From Alphaproteobacteria bacterium (GTDB lineage: Bacteria; Pseudomonadota; Alphaproteobacteria; Bin95): DNA of 64,000 bases. Location of the stretch: positions 2,528,001-2,592,000 of the forward strand of contig CBDBGH010000003.1 in assembly GCA_965205265.1 (NCBI GenBank). The letters run 5' to 3'. A model generated the notes under the pieces. It had not been told where the DNA came from. It searched no databases and worked only from the letters and a program-made list of their open reading frames with translations. Positions 28,092 to 37,505 of this stretch are shown here, piece after piece (the first letter of the stretch is position 1; each line of letters begins with the position of its first letter). A program made the translations under genes and the position numbers.

Positions 28092-29195
28092 ATGAACACC
28101 ATCGACAACATCCAGACCGCCTGCGACGACGAGCGCGAGCCGGAGCACGCCGCATCCGCTACCGCCATCGCCTGCGAAGCCGCCGCCCTCTACGGCGCCA
28201 CCCCCGGTCCCGACGAGTTCGACAACCGGCCCCTCTGGGAAGCCCCGGACCGGATCGCGACCCGTCCCCACGGCAAGCTGACCTTCGCCGAGCGGCGCAC
28301 CCGGCGCATCGAATACAAGGTGCGCAGCGATCAGGACCCGAACCTCCACCCCGGCGACCCGCTGGACCTGCCCGACCTGCGCGCCGCGTTCGAGGACTCG
28401 CACCTGCCCGCCATCGTGAACGAGATCGTCGACCTCGCCGCCGAGCGTCTGTGCGCCGACGGGACCAAGCTCGCCGACGAACGCGAGAACATGATCTGGG
28501 GACTGGTCAACTGCTTCCACGCCCAGACCCAGCGCCTCGACCGCGCGCTTGACCGGATCGAACCCGAGCTCCGCGACATGCAGCGCGAGCAGGACGGCTC
28601 CGAGGTCAAGTCGCGCAAGCTGGAGATGCTGACCGACCGGGCGCACAACATGGCCGACCGGCGCGACGCCTTCGAGATCTTCCGCGATTGCGCCGCCGAC
28701 GCCTACCGCGAGCGCACCGGCGACATCTGGAGGCCGCGACACGGCTCGCACACCAGCAAGACCCGGCAGCTGACCTCCGCCGCCATCGACGCCCGCGACT
28801 ACATCCGCGCGAGGAAGGACCGCCAGACCACGGCGCACCTGCCGCAGGGCACCCTCGTCGCCATCGCCGGCGGCAAGGACGTGCAGGACCCGGCGGCGGT
28901 GATCGCCCGGCTCGACAAGGCCCGCGAGAAGTACGCCGACATGGTGCTCGTGCATGGCGGCGGTCCCGGCGTCGAGCGGATCGCGGCAAGCTGGGCCGAG
29001 CGCAACGGCGTCCACCAGATCGTCTGCAAGCCGGACTGGGACCGCCACGGACGCGCCGCCCCGTTCCGCCGCAACGACGAACTGCTCAACCTCCTGCCGA
29101 AGGGCGTGATCGCGTTCCCCGGCTCCGGCATCACCGAGAACCTCGTCGACAAGGCGCGGCAGCTCGGCATCCCGGTTCAGCGGATCGCGGCCTGA
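28092..29195 (+). CDS. DUF2493 (YspA/SLOG-like) domain protein
   Basis: WGLVNCFH, LVHGGGPG, KPDWDRHGRAAPFRRND, FPGSGI; AAGGAG RBS. Confidence 0.88.
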   Translation: MNTIDNIQTACDDEREPEHAASATAIACEAAALYGATPGPDEFDNRPLWEAPDRIATRPHGKLTFAERRTRRIEYKVRSDQDPNLHPGDPLDLPDLRAAFEDSHLPAIVNEIVDLAAERLCADGTKLADERENMIWGLVNCFHAQTQRLDRALDRIEPELRDMQREQDGSEVKSRKLEMLTDRAHNMADRRDAFEIFRDCAADAYRERTGDIWRPRHGSHTSKTRQLTSAAIDARDYIRARKDRQTTAHLPQGTLVAIAGGKDVQDPAAVIARLDKAREKYADMVLVHGGGPGVERIAASWAERNGVHQIVCKPDWDRHGRAAPFRRNDELLNLLPKGVIAFPGSGITENLVDKARQLGIPVQRIAA

Positions 29196-29660
29196 CCGCA
29201 GCGCATCGCGGGCCGCGGCGTCGCTCCGGCGGCGGCGCGGCCCGTTTCCGCGTGCGCACATCGGAGACGCCGCGACGCCTTCCTCGCGCGCGCTTCGCGC
29301 CGCGCTCGTGCTCCGGCTCGCTATCGCTCGCCGATCGCGCTTGCGTTCCGCATCCGCGTCACGCGCCGCTGCACCATGCTGCGCATGGGTGCATCGGCCG
29401 CCGCGCCGATCCCGGCGCTCCTGCGGAGCCCGCCCGCACGTCGCCCGACACTGCCTCGCGCAGTGCGCTCCGCAGCACCGCCGTCCGCTCAAACGCCGCG
29501 GCGGCTCCCCTCCGCCGGGTTCCCCGGCGTCGATTTCCCGACCTCCCGTTCAGCGCCAATCAGGCTTCCGACCCGCCGGGGCGGGCTTCGGGGTCACACC
29601 CCACGCATCGATGATGCAGGCGTGCCAGCGGGTTCCTTGCCGTGCTCTATCGGGTCCTTC

Positions 29661-29824
29661 CGGTGCCAACCGGTGCCACGGGGTTGTTGGAGCGAGCGAG
29701 TTTCGCGCGCAACTCGCGGATCGTCACCGCCCTGGTCCTGTCAGGCCCCGTCTGTCACCCGGCGAAACTCGCGCGCAACTCGTTGGGTTTCGGATCGTGT
29801 TCGGCGAGTTTCACCTGAAACTCG
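29661..29824. repeat. Cluster of direct and inverted repeats (candidate oriT or att/arm-site array)
   Basis: CGGTGCC at 29661 and 29671; near-palindrome 29697-29716; related copy 29763-29782; perfect CGAGTTTCA-CC-TGAAACTCG at 29805-29824. Confidence 0.6.
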
Positions 29825-29899
29825 TGTGAGTTCCGCCCGCAGCGCCAGATCGCCCCGACAAGGTGGCAGCCCAGCTCACCGCTGAGCGTCCGGGCCGAG

Positions 29900-30249
29900 C
29901 GATTCCTGGAACGCAGGGGCTCGCCGACACGCCTTTCGAGTTCCCCTCCGCGTCCTTCGCGGTTCGTCTCGTCGCGAATCTAGATAGCCAGCCACCATGT
30001 GCTGCGGAACAACTGCTGGATCGGCCGCGCCGTAACGCCGTACCCGCGAACGCTCTCCGGGGCGCGGACGAGCGCCAGAATCCGCTCTCCGACCAACTCC
30101 GAGACCGGCAAATCGTGTGCCAGCGCGGCGCGCCTGACCTCATCCCGCTCGGATTCCGAGAAACGGATGCTCCGGGTCTTGCGATTGTCCTCCGCCTTGT
30201 CGGCTTCGTTCCCGCCGCCGCGGGCCCGGTTGCGATTGTCTTCGCTCAT
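29900..30249 (-). pseudogene. Degenerate copy of the RHH gene at 33887-34270
   Basis: RKTRSIRFS..AALAHDLP shared; early stop at 29980 with the remainder in another frame. Confidence 0.8.
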
Positions 30250-30410
30250 CGTGCAGCACCTCGCCGCCGTCCGTCCGATCCCTCGACCGGGCCTCGGCAA
30301 GGCTTCGCCACCGTCCCAAACGCCACCCGTGGCGACCGAGCCTTCACGATTCCAGCGCCGGCGGGACGTCCGGGCACGCCCGTCCGACCCGATGACGCAG
30401 CCCGAGCCCG

Positions 30411-30480
30411 TCACGATCCGAGGTCCATGCCTCCCTTGTCACGGTCGCGCACCGGAGGCTCGGGCGTCTTTTCCAGAAAC
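30411..30480 (-). pseudogene. Orphan 3' tail of the relaxase gene
   Basis: Encodes KTPEPPVRDRDKGGMDLGS*, versus KTPEPPVRDRGKGGMDLGL* ending at 34433. Confidence 0.85.
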
Positions 30481-30562
30481 TCAGCCTGGGATTCTCGGAA
30501 CCGCACACACGCCACGCCCGGCGATACAGCCAGTCGTCCTGCGAATTCCTTACTGAACAGAG

Positions 30563-31837
30563 CTACTCAAGTCCAAGCAGTAGCTCGTCTTGATCCGGGA
30601 CATTGCCCGAGTCCAGGCATCTGAGAATCCCTTCCCGGCAGATGGCCTGCCCGCGCCTGAAGATACGCTTCTGTTTCCCGTCGAGGGTCGTGACCTCTGC
30701 ATGGACAGCCCTTGAAGCAAGGTCATATGCTTCGCCGATCCCCTTTCTGTATTCCTTTCGCGACTCGACGCTGTCACCCAAGTGACGCGCGCCGCAAAGC
30801 GACGTCCTGAATCTCAACTCGCCGCGTCCGCCCCAAAGGGCCTCCAATGCGATCCGAAGGTCTATGAGGCTGTCCGCGTCGACCGCCCGTTTCGATTTGA
30901 CCCATCTCGACGTCGCGATCTTGAGTTTCGCATCTTCAACCTGCCCCAACTGCCCGTGGACGCGAACAACCTCCTGCAATTGGCATTGCTTGATCGGCGT
31001 TTCGCGCCCGGATCTTTCGATAGCCGGCATGTCGCCAGGATGGGCGAAACCGGAACCGCTCCCACCGAAGGAGGTCAAATGTGCCAACTCCCCGATGTCC
31101 ATCGTTTCGAGCATCCACCTGACATGATCGTCGCACACCAGGGACAACGCATCGCAGAAGCGCTGGATATCGAATCCGTCCCTGAACTCCGGGCATACAC
31201 TCTGCCCCGGCGTAGGCCACGCGTTCGAACTGCTTGGGACGTACAAGCCGGGTTGCTCGAATGCCAAGGAAACAAGGTATCGCCCGGCAAACACGTGGGG
31301 TGCGAAACCAGCCACGGTCAGGGAAGATGGGGCGATGGGCAAAGCCGCTCCATCGGGGACCTTCTCCATCCGAATACCCTCGATCCCAATGCTCGTCGGT
31401 TGGTCGTCCGGAACGCGGTTCGCGAGCACGAATTGACGGTTAACCCGCGCCGGTCTTCCTTCACGCCAGCCGCGCAGCAACTCGACTATGCGCGTATGAC
31501 CCAAGATCGCCGCGCCATGCACCAACCGCTTCGCATAGGCATCCACGGTGGGAAGCAGTTCGCCGCCGCCAATTCCCACCAAACCGTCTCCGACCTGACC
31601 GTCCGTGACGTAGTTCTCCAGCCAGTCTTCGAGCGCTGCGGTCAGTTCCCCAAACAGCTCTTCGTTTGCAATCTCGTCCACTTCGACATAGCGCCCGCTC
31701 AGTGCACCAGCACCGTGAAGTTCGCGAAGTTGTAGTCCTGTCAGCTGCACCCCTTCTTTCGGAATACCGAAGCCAGAGAGGCTGAATTTGGTGGTGAGTT
31801 CGTGCCACTCAAGCAGCTTCCCTATCTCGTCAACCAT
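30563..31837 (-). CDS. ApeA-like HEPN-domain protein (lower GC)
   Basis: C-terminal IDLRIALEAL..GELRFR..YDLASRAVH, the ApeA-type HEPN pattern with a variant motif. Confidence 0.65.
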   Translation of the reverse strand: MVDEIGKLLEWHELTTKFSLSGFGIPKEGVQLTGLQLRELHGAGALSGRYVEVDEIANEELFGELTAALEDWLENYVTDGQVGDGLVGIGGGELLPTVDAYAKRLVHGAAILGHTRIVELLRGWREGRPARVNRQFVLANRVPDDQPTSIGIEGIRMEKVPDGAALPIAPSSLTVAGFAPHVFAGRYLVSLAFEQPGLYVPSSSNAWPTPGQSVCPEFRDGFDIQRFCDALSLVCDDHVRWMLETMDIGELAHLTSFGGSGSGFAHPGDMPAIERSGRETPIKQCQLQEVVRVHGQLGQVEDAKLKIATSRWVKSKRAVDADSLIDLRIALEALWGGRGELRFRTSLCGARHLGDSVESRKEYRKGIGEAYDLASRAVHAEVTTLDGKQKRIFRRGQAICREGILRCLDSGNVPDQDELLLGLE

Positions 31838-32025
31838 TCGATGATCCCTGATTCCCGGATAACGCCGACCAGGACACAGCCGTAGTCGTGCAGGACGCGG
31901 CACATTGCGGACGAATGGGCAGCCGGTGTGGGATGGAACACGTCACAGGCGCGCGAATGGACAAGCTGCCTCGGAACATCGATCGTGATGGACTCATTGG
32001 CGTCGGAACTCCCGGCAGCGACCGG

Positions 32026-32751
32026 TCAGAACCGAACATCGCCGCCGCCTCCCGCGTTGTCGAGAACAGCCGGGACACGGCTGTGATGCTCGATCCATGC
32101 CCGGGTCGCCGGCGAGATCCACCCGGCAACCTCCAGAATCCGCTCATGGTCTTCAACGAGATTCCGCGCGAATATCGGTTCATGGTGAGCGATCCGGTTG
32201 CGCAATGTCCGCAAGGCGTTCAACGGCCGGTGAGCCTGCCTGCGGGTCAGCGGGGCGCGATGCGGGAAGGCGCCGCGCAGCGCCGGACGCCAGAGCGTCA
32301 TCTCGTAGTTGGCCCTGCGCCCAGCGGCCGCACGGCCCCCGGGACCCAGCAACGAGACCCAAAATCCGAACGACAACGCCGCCACCACCCGGTGCGGATC
32401 ATCGACATGCCCGTCTCGCGCCAATTCGGCCCTGGCGTTCGCGATCCGCTCCAGGGCGCCCCTGTCGAAACCCGCACGGCCGTTATCGTACCAGGCCACG
32501 CCGTATCGTTCGCCAAGCCTTCGGTTCATAGCGTTACGCAGGGCGACCTCCAGACCCTGCAGCGGTCCGTAGAAGGCGGCGCTGACCGCGGTGTTCCACA
32601 CATGGAGACGGACCGCTCCTTCCCGGTCTTCCCGAGCAGCGTCGAGATAGGTGCCGAGGCGCTCGCGCGAGAGAAAGGCTTCGAGATCGTCGAGGATTTC
32701 GTCCGTGTAGCGGAAGTCATTGACGTCCGGCCCCCGGTCCGCCATATTCAT
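32026..32751 (-). CDS. Abi-like (AbiD/AbiF, Abi_2) HEPN protein
   Basis: LSRERL..Y, LEVALRNA, LSFGFWV, LRNRIAHHEPI with intact Rx4H; start codon uncertain. Confidence 0.85.
   Translation of the reverse strand: MNMADRGPDVNDFRYTDEILDDLEAFLSRERLGTYLDAAREDREGAVRLHVWNTAVSAAFYGPLQGLEVALRNAMNRRLGERYGVAWYDNGRAGFDRGALERIANARAELARDGHVDDPHRVVAALSFGFWVSLLGPGGRAAAGRRANYEMTLWRPALRGAFPHRAPLTRRQAHRPLNALRTLRNRIAHHEPIFARNLVEDHERILEVAGWISPATRAWIEHHSRVPAVLDNAGGGGDVRF
32720..32748 (+). promoter_or_regulatory. Sigma70-like promoter antisense to the Abi gene 5' end
   Basis: TTGACG (32720-25), 17 nt, CATATT (32743-48). Confidence 0.6.
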
Positions 32752-32754
32752 GGC

Positions 32755-32806
32755 GTACACCCCGGACCCGCCTCTGCCATTCGGTATGCGCCCGGGGTTC
32801 TTGTTT
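32755..32806 (+). ncRNA. Candidate small hairpin RNA associated with the Abi gene
   Basis: ACCCCGG/CCGGGGT outer stem, CUC bulge, UGCC-AUUC-GGUA inner stem, U-rich tail, directly after the promoter. Confidence 0.5.
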
Positions 32807-32821
32807 GCATCCCGCACTCGG

Positions 32822-33337
32822 TCATGACCGCTTGGCCTCGCCGCCGGTTCGGTTTCGGCGATATCCCCGCTTGGAGACCGCCCTGCGGGCCGTCTTGGCG
32901 GCCTCGTCCACCTCGCGGAATTCCGGTTCGAGCTTTTTCAGCCGCGCCACCAGACCGCCGAGGTCGTACATGTTGGTCAGCTTTCCGCCATGGATGGCCC
33001 GACGCTCCACGCGCTTGACGAGGCCCGCCGTTTCCAGGTCAGCGATGTGGCGCTGCACCTGACGGGGACTGAGGCCCAACCGCTCAGCCAGGACTGCCTT
33101 GCCGGGATACGGCTTCCGGTCGCGTTCCCACCAGAAATCGCAGAGCTGCATCAGCACGGCAAGCTGCGTCGCATTGAGCCCCAGCCGGTTCTGCGCCCGC
33201 AGCAGCAGCGACGGGACGATGCAGAAGCCCAGCGCAATGACCTCCTTGCCCCACTTCTTCTCAGATGCCCGCCCGCTGTCCTTTTCCGGGAGCAACCGGA
33301 CTACATTGCCCGCCGCAGCCTTTCCGTTCCCGCTCAT
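32822..33337 (-). CDS. Winged helix-turn-helix protein (HTH_36-like)
   Basis: GFCIVPSLLL, PYPGKAVLAERLGLSPRQVQRHIADLETAGLV. Confidence 0.8.
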   Translation of the reverse strand: MSGNGKAAAGNVVRLLPEKDSGRASEKKWGKEVIALGFCIVPSLLLRAQNRLGLNATQLAVLMQLCDFWWERDRKPYPGKAVLAERLGLSPRQVQRHIADLETAGLVKRVERRAIHGGKLTNMYDLGGLVARLKKLEPEFREVDEAAKTARRAVSKRGYRRNRTGGEAKRS

Positions 33338-33886
33338 GACCGATGCCTTTCTGCCGCCGGTTCACCCGGCTATATCGCCATAGTCACCGGGAACATCAAG
33401 GTGACCCCATCGGACGTTGCCGACCTCAGCCATCGGTCATGGACGTCCGCTCGCTACGGTCGCATCCGTCCACCGAAGAAGCACGCATGCAATCCATATT
33501 CCGTCCAAGCGCATGAACAAGATCCCGGGACCACCGGGCGCCAATGTCTCCAGGGCTCTTCGCCGCCACTCCTGAACCACCGGATCCTCGCACTCAGACA
33601 CGAGCGATCACCAGAGGTAATCACCGGCAACACCGTACGATAAAGCGGCCGACGCTCAATCGACGTGCGGCCACCTCGGAGATGCCGCCCTCCAGCGTCT
33701 TGCGATCAACCGCCGCTCCTGAGAGACCGCATCCAGCCCTGTTTCCCACCAACACGACGCCCGCTGACGCTGTCGGCCCTGGCCGCCGCGCTTCCGCCCG
33801 ACGCCATCGTCACAGTTCGAGTTCCATGTCCCGCGACCGGCCACGTTCCGGCGCGGGCATTTCGCGGCCGGAAACACCCGTTGCGC

Positions 33887-34270
33887 TCAGTCCGGGGCGC
33901 CCCTGCCGAGCGAGTCCTGGAACGCGCGGGCCTCGCCGACAAGCTTTTCCAGCTCCGCTTCGCGGCCCTCGCGGACCATCGCGTCGCGTTTCTCGGTCGC
34001 CAGGAACCAGGTGTAGCGGAACATCCGCTCGATCAGCGGCGCCAACGTCGGCGGAACGGAGGGTGTGCCGACCCGCCCGGTGCCCCGCGCGAGCGCCAGA
34101 ATCTTCTCCCGGACGAACTCCGCGGCCGGCAGATCGTGCGCCAGCGCGGCGTTCCTGACCTCCTCCCATTCGGAGTCCGAGAAGCGGATGCTCCGGGTCT
34201 TGCGATTGTCGTCCGCCCTTTCGGCTGCCGCGCCGTCATCGACCGTGCCGTTTCGTGCGTCCTCGCTCAT
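33887..34270 (-). CDS. Ribbon-helix-helix protein (MobC-like relaxosome accessory candidate)
   Basis: KTRSIRFSDSEWEEVRNAA...AAEFVR RHH pattern; next to the relaxase. Confidence 0.7.
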   Translation of the reverse strand: MSEDARNGTVDDGAAAERADDNRKTRSIRFSDSEWEEVRNAALAHDLPAAEFVREKILALARGTGRVGTPSVPPTLAPLIERMFRYTWFLATEKRDAMVREGREAELEKLVGEARAFQDSLGRGAPD

Positions 34271-34432
34271 CGCACCAACTCCGGCCGCCGTCCGTTCGCT
34301 CCCTCGACCGGGCCTCCGCAAGGCTTCCCCGGCGGCCCCAATGCCACCGTCGGGTGGCCCGGACTCGCCTTCTCCGCGTCGCCCCGGACCGCCGGGCGTG
34401 CCCGTCCGACCCGTCTACCCATCCCGCGTCCG

Positions 34433-37400
34433 TCACAATCCAAGGTCCATGCCCCCCTTGCCCCGGTCGCGGACCGGCGGTTCCGGTGTCTTTGTCGGCG
34501 TCTTCGTGGCTTCCCCGCCCTTTCCGGCACCTTCGGCGGGGCCGCGTTCCCGCCCGGTCTCTGGCGTCCGCGCGGCCTCGGCCGCCTTCTCCGGCGCCGC
34601 GCGCTTCATCTCGCCGATGCCTTCGAGCGCCGCGATGCGCTCGCCGGTCGCGGCCTGAAGCTGGGCGCGGAGCTCGGCCGCGTCGTCGGTGACCAGCTCG
34701 GCACGGTCGCGGGCGCGGCTGATCTCGACGTAGAAGCTCTTCTGCGTGGTGAGGTGTGGGTGCCGGGCCTCCATCGCGGCGATCACGTTGTCGACTGTGC
34801 GGCCCTGGAAGGCGTGCACGGTGGACGCCCAGGCATGGTCGAGATGGCGCAGATGCGGGTCGCCCCTGCCCAGCTCCAGCGTCTTCCCGTCCTCCAGGCG
34901 GAACGTCACCCGCCCATTCGCGATGCGCAGGACCTCCGCCGTGCGGCTGTTGACCAAGCCGAGGCCGGCGTCGTTGCGGGTCCAGCGGATGCGGTCGCCG
35001 GCCCTGAGCTCGATATCTTCCGCGCGGTAGACCTCGCTGCCGCCCCTTCGCCCTCCGATCTCCTCGGGCTTCCAGGCGACCCGGCCGCCCTTGCCGTCGT
35101 CCAGCAGCACCGAGCCGGCCTTGTGATCGACGCCCATGACGGGGCGCTCGTCGCCCTTTTCGACGCCGATCCGCTTGTAGGGGCGGTGGAACGCCACCAC
35201 GTCGCCCACCCCGTAGTTGGCGGCAAGCGCCTTCTCGGCATTGGTGTAGCCCATGGAGACCAGCCGTTCGGACTGCATTGCCGGTCCGTGGATGCGGCCC
35301 TCGCGGGCCAGCCGCTCGCGGATATGGCCGTTGATCGCCTGCCGGAGCTCGTGAGAGGGCGCCATCACGCCGGTGTTTGCCCGCGCGTCCTCGTCGAGCC
35401 GGAGCCATCGGGCCGCAACGGCGCCGGCGACGTTGTCGGGTTTGACCTCGGCGACGTTGCTTCCGAGCTTCTCGAAGGCGCGTTCGATGTCGCCCTTCAG
35501 GCTCGCCTCGACCGCTTCCTTCAGCACGGGATCGCGCTGGCGCATGATCTCGTCCATCGTCGCGGTCCGCATGCCGGCGGCCTGAAGCTGGGCGAACGGC
35601 TTGCCCGCGTCCACTGCGTCGAGCTGCTTCGCGTCGCCTACCAGCACGACCCGGGGAATGCGGAGTTCGTTCGCGATGCGCAGCAGGTCACGGGCCTGCA
35701 CGGTGGACGCCAGCGAGCCCTCGTCGACCACGAGGATGGTCTTCGCGAAGGCGGCGCGCATCTCCCTGGCGCCCTTCCGCGTAAGCCTGCCTGCGGCAAC
35801 GCCCGCGTTCCTGGCGAGGAAGCGCTGGAGGGTTTCGCTCTCGATGCCGGCCTCGGACGCCAGGGTCCGCGCCGCCGAGGCCGAGGGCGCGAGCCCCGCC
35901 ATGCGCCAGCCCTTCTTCTCCGCGAGCGTCCGCGCCCGGTTGAGCATCGTCGTCTTGCCGGTGCCGGCATAGCCCTGGACGCCGACCGTGCGGTCCTTCG
36001 CCGACAGGATCAGCTTCACCGCGTCCTTCTGCCCGGCCGTGAGCGGCCCCTTGTTGAGGTGCCCCTGGACCTGCCAGCCGCGCATCGGCGCCCGGCCGCG
36101 GCCTTGGCCCGAGTGCATCAGCGCCATCGCCTCGCGCTCCTCGCCGACGGTGCGGTCGGTCGCGAGCGAATCCTCGGCGCCCGGCAGGTCGACGGCGTGC
36201 AGCGATCCGGCCTTTTCCAGCGCCGCCACCTCGCGCTCGACGTCCCCGATCGCGACGGCCCCCGGCGCGTGGGCGAGCGCGGCGGCGAAGAGATCGGTGC
36301 GGGAGAACACCGCCTCGCGCTCGGAGAGGTGCGCCATCGCCCAGGCGACCGCCTCCGCCGCGGGCGACGGCGGCGCCATATCCGGGGAGAACCCGCGCCC
36401 GGACGAGCGGTCCCGATCCCTGCCGGGCGGAGATTCCGGCCCCACCGCCATCCCCGCCGGGGCGTCCGCAGGCGCGGCGCCGCCAATATCCATGGACACG
36501 GGCGCCGCCGCATCCCGGATCGGTACGGCGGATTTCCCGTCGGCTTCGGCAACCAGCGCCCTTCCCGGATCGGGGTCCGGGACAGGCGCATCGAAGCCGA
36601 GATCGGACGCCTGGCGCTGCCAAACGCTCCGCAGCTCGCCGCGGTCGACCTCGCGCTTCTTCGCGCGCGTCATCAGCGCCGCGCGCTCGGCGAGGCGGGG
36701 ATTGTCCGCCGAGCTGCCGAGATCGCGCGCTTCCATCGCCGCCTCGATCTCGGCGCGCCGGCTCGAGAAGGCCTCGACGACCTCGCGGGAGACCCCCGCG
36801 ATCTCGAAGCGGCCGTCGGCATGGGTCTTCTCGATGCCGTAGCCGAGCTTGCCGAGGCCGGCCGCCAGCTCGTTGCGGTAGAGCATGCCGATCAGCTTCT
36901 GGCGCGCGTAGAGGCCCTCGTTGGCCATGGACCGCCACTTGCCCTCCTCGCCCTGCACCATGTTGGCGAGCACGGCGTGGGTGTGGAGCTGGGGGTCGAG
37001 ATTGCGCGAAGTGTCGTGGCGGAAGGTGGCGGCGACGATCTTCTGGTTGCCGGCGCGAATCATGCGCCCGGTCTCGGGGACCTGCCCCGGACCCGATCCG
37101 GGGTCCTTCATACGGGTCTCGGCGGCGTTCTTCTCGATCCAGGCGAGCGCCGCCGCCACGGCGCGGTCGTGGACCTCGACGATGCGCCTGTCTCCGCCGA
37201 CCAGCGCGGCGAGGGAAACGGACTTCGGGGCCGAGAAGGTGAGGTCGCGGCCGGGGCGGTGGAGGATCTCGCCGTTCTTGCCGCGCCGCCCGAGTTCGGT
37301 TCCCGAGCCGTCCGGCACCTTGCCTTCGAGCACCGCGCGGAAGGTGTCGGGATCGACCGGTCCCGTCAGCCCGAGCTCCTCGGCTCCCTTTCCTGCCCAA

Positions 37401-37504
37401 CCACTGGCCTCGCGGTGTTCGGGATCGTCCTTCGCGTAATAGCCGTCGCGCTCGTAATAGGACGCGCCCTGGGCGGCCGAGGAAAGCGCGCCGATCGAGA
37501 GCAT
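34433..37504 (-). CDS. traI: MOBF conjugative relaxase-helicase (TrwC/TraI type)
   Basis: SYYERDGYY, DLTFSAPKSVS, HDTSRNLDPQLHTH, helicase GYAGTGKT, VDEGS, HAFQGRT. Confidence 0.95.
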   Translation of the reverse strand: MLSIGALSSAAQGASYYERDGYYAKDDPEHREASGWAGKGAEELGLTGPVDPDTFRAVLEGKVPDGSGTELGRRGKNGEILHRPGRDLTFSAPKSVSLAALVGGDRRIVEVHDRAVAAALAWIEKNAAETRMKDPGSGPGQVPETGRMIRAGNQKIVAATFRHDTSRNLDPQLHTHAVLANMVQGEEGKWRSMANEGLYARQKLIGMLYRNELAAGLGKLGYGIEKTHADGRFEIAGVSREVVEAFSSRRAEIEAAMEARDLGSSADNPRLAERAALMTRAKKREVDRGELRSVWQRQASDLGFDAPVPDPDPGRALVAEADGKSAVPIRDAAAPVSMDIGGAAPADAPAGMAVGPESPPGRDRDRSSGRGFSPDMAPPSPAAEAVAWAMAHLSEREAVFSRTDLFAAALAHAPGAVAIGDVEREVAALEKAGSLHAVDLPGAEDSLATDRTVGEEREAMALMHSGQGRGRAPMRGWQVQGHLNKGPLTAGQKDAVKLILSAKDRTVGVQGYAGTGKTTMLNRARTLAEKKGWRMAGLAPSASAARTLASEAGIESETLQRFLARNAGVAAGRLTRKGAREMRAAFAKTILVVDEGSLASTVQARDLLRIANELRIPRVVLVGDAKQLDAVDAGKPFAQLQAAGMRTATMDEIMRQRDPVLKEAVEASLKGDIERAFEKLGSNVAEVKPDNVAGAVAARWLRLDEDARANTGVMAPSHELRQAINGHIRERLAREGRIHGPAMQSERLVSMGYTNAEKALAANYGVGDVVAFHRPYKRIGVEKGDERPVMGVDHKAGSVLLDDGKGGRVAWKPEEIGGRRGGSEVYRAEDIELRAGDRIRWTRNDAGLGLVNSRTAEVLRIANGRVTFRLEDGKTLELGRGDPHLRHLDHAWASTVHAFQGRTVDNVIAAMEARHPHLTTQKSFYVEISRARDRAELVTDDAAELRAQLQAATGERIAALEGIGEMKRAAPEKAAEAARTPETGRERGPAEGAGKGGEATKTPTKTPEPPVRDRGKGGMDLGL

Positions 37505-37505
37505 G

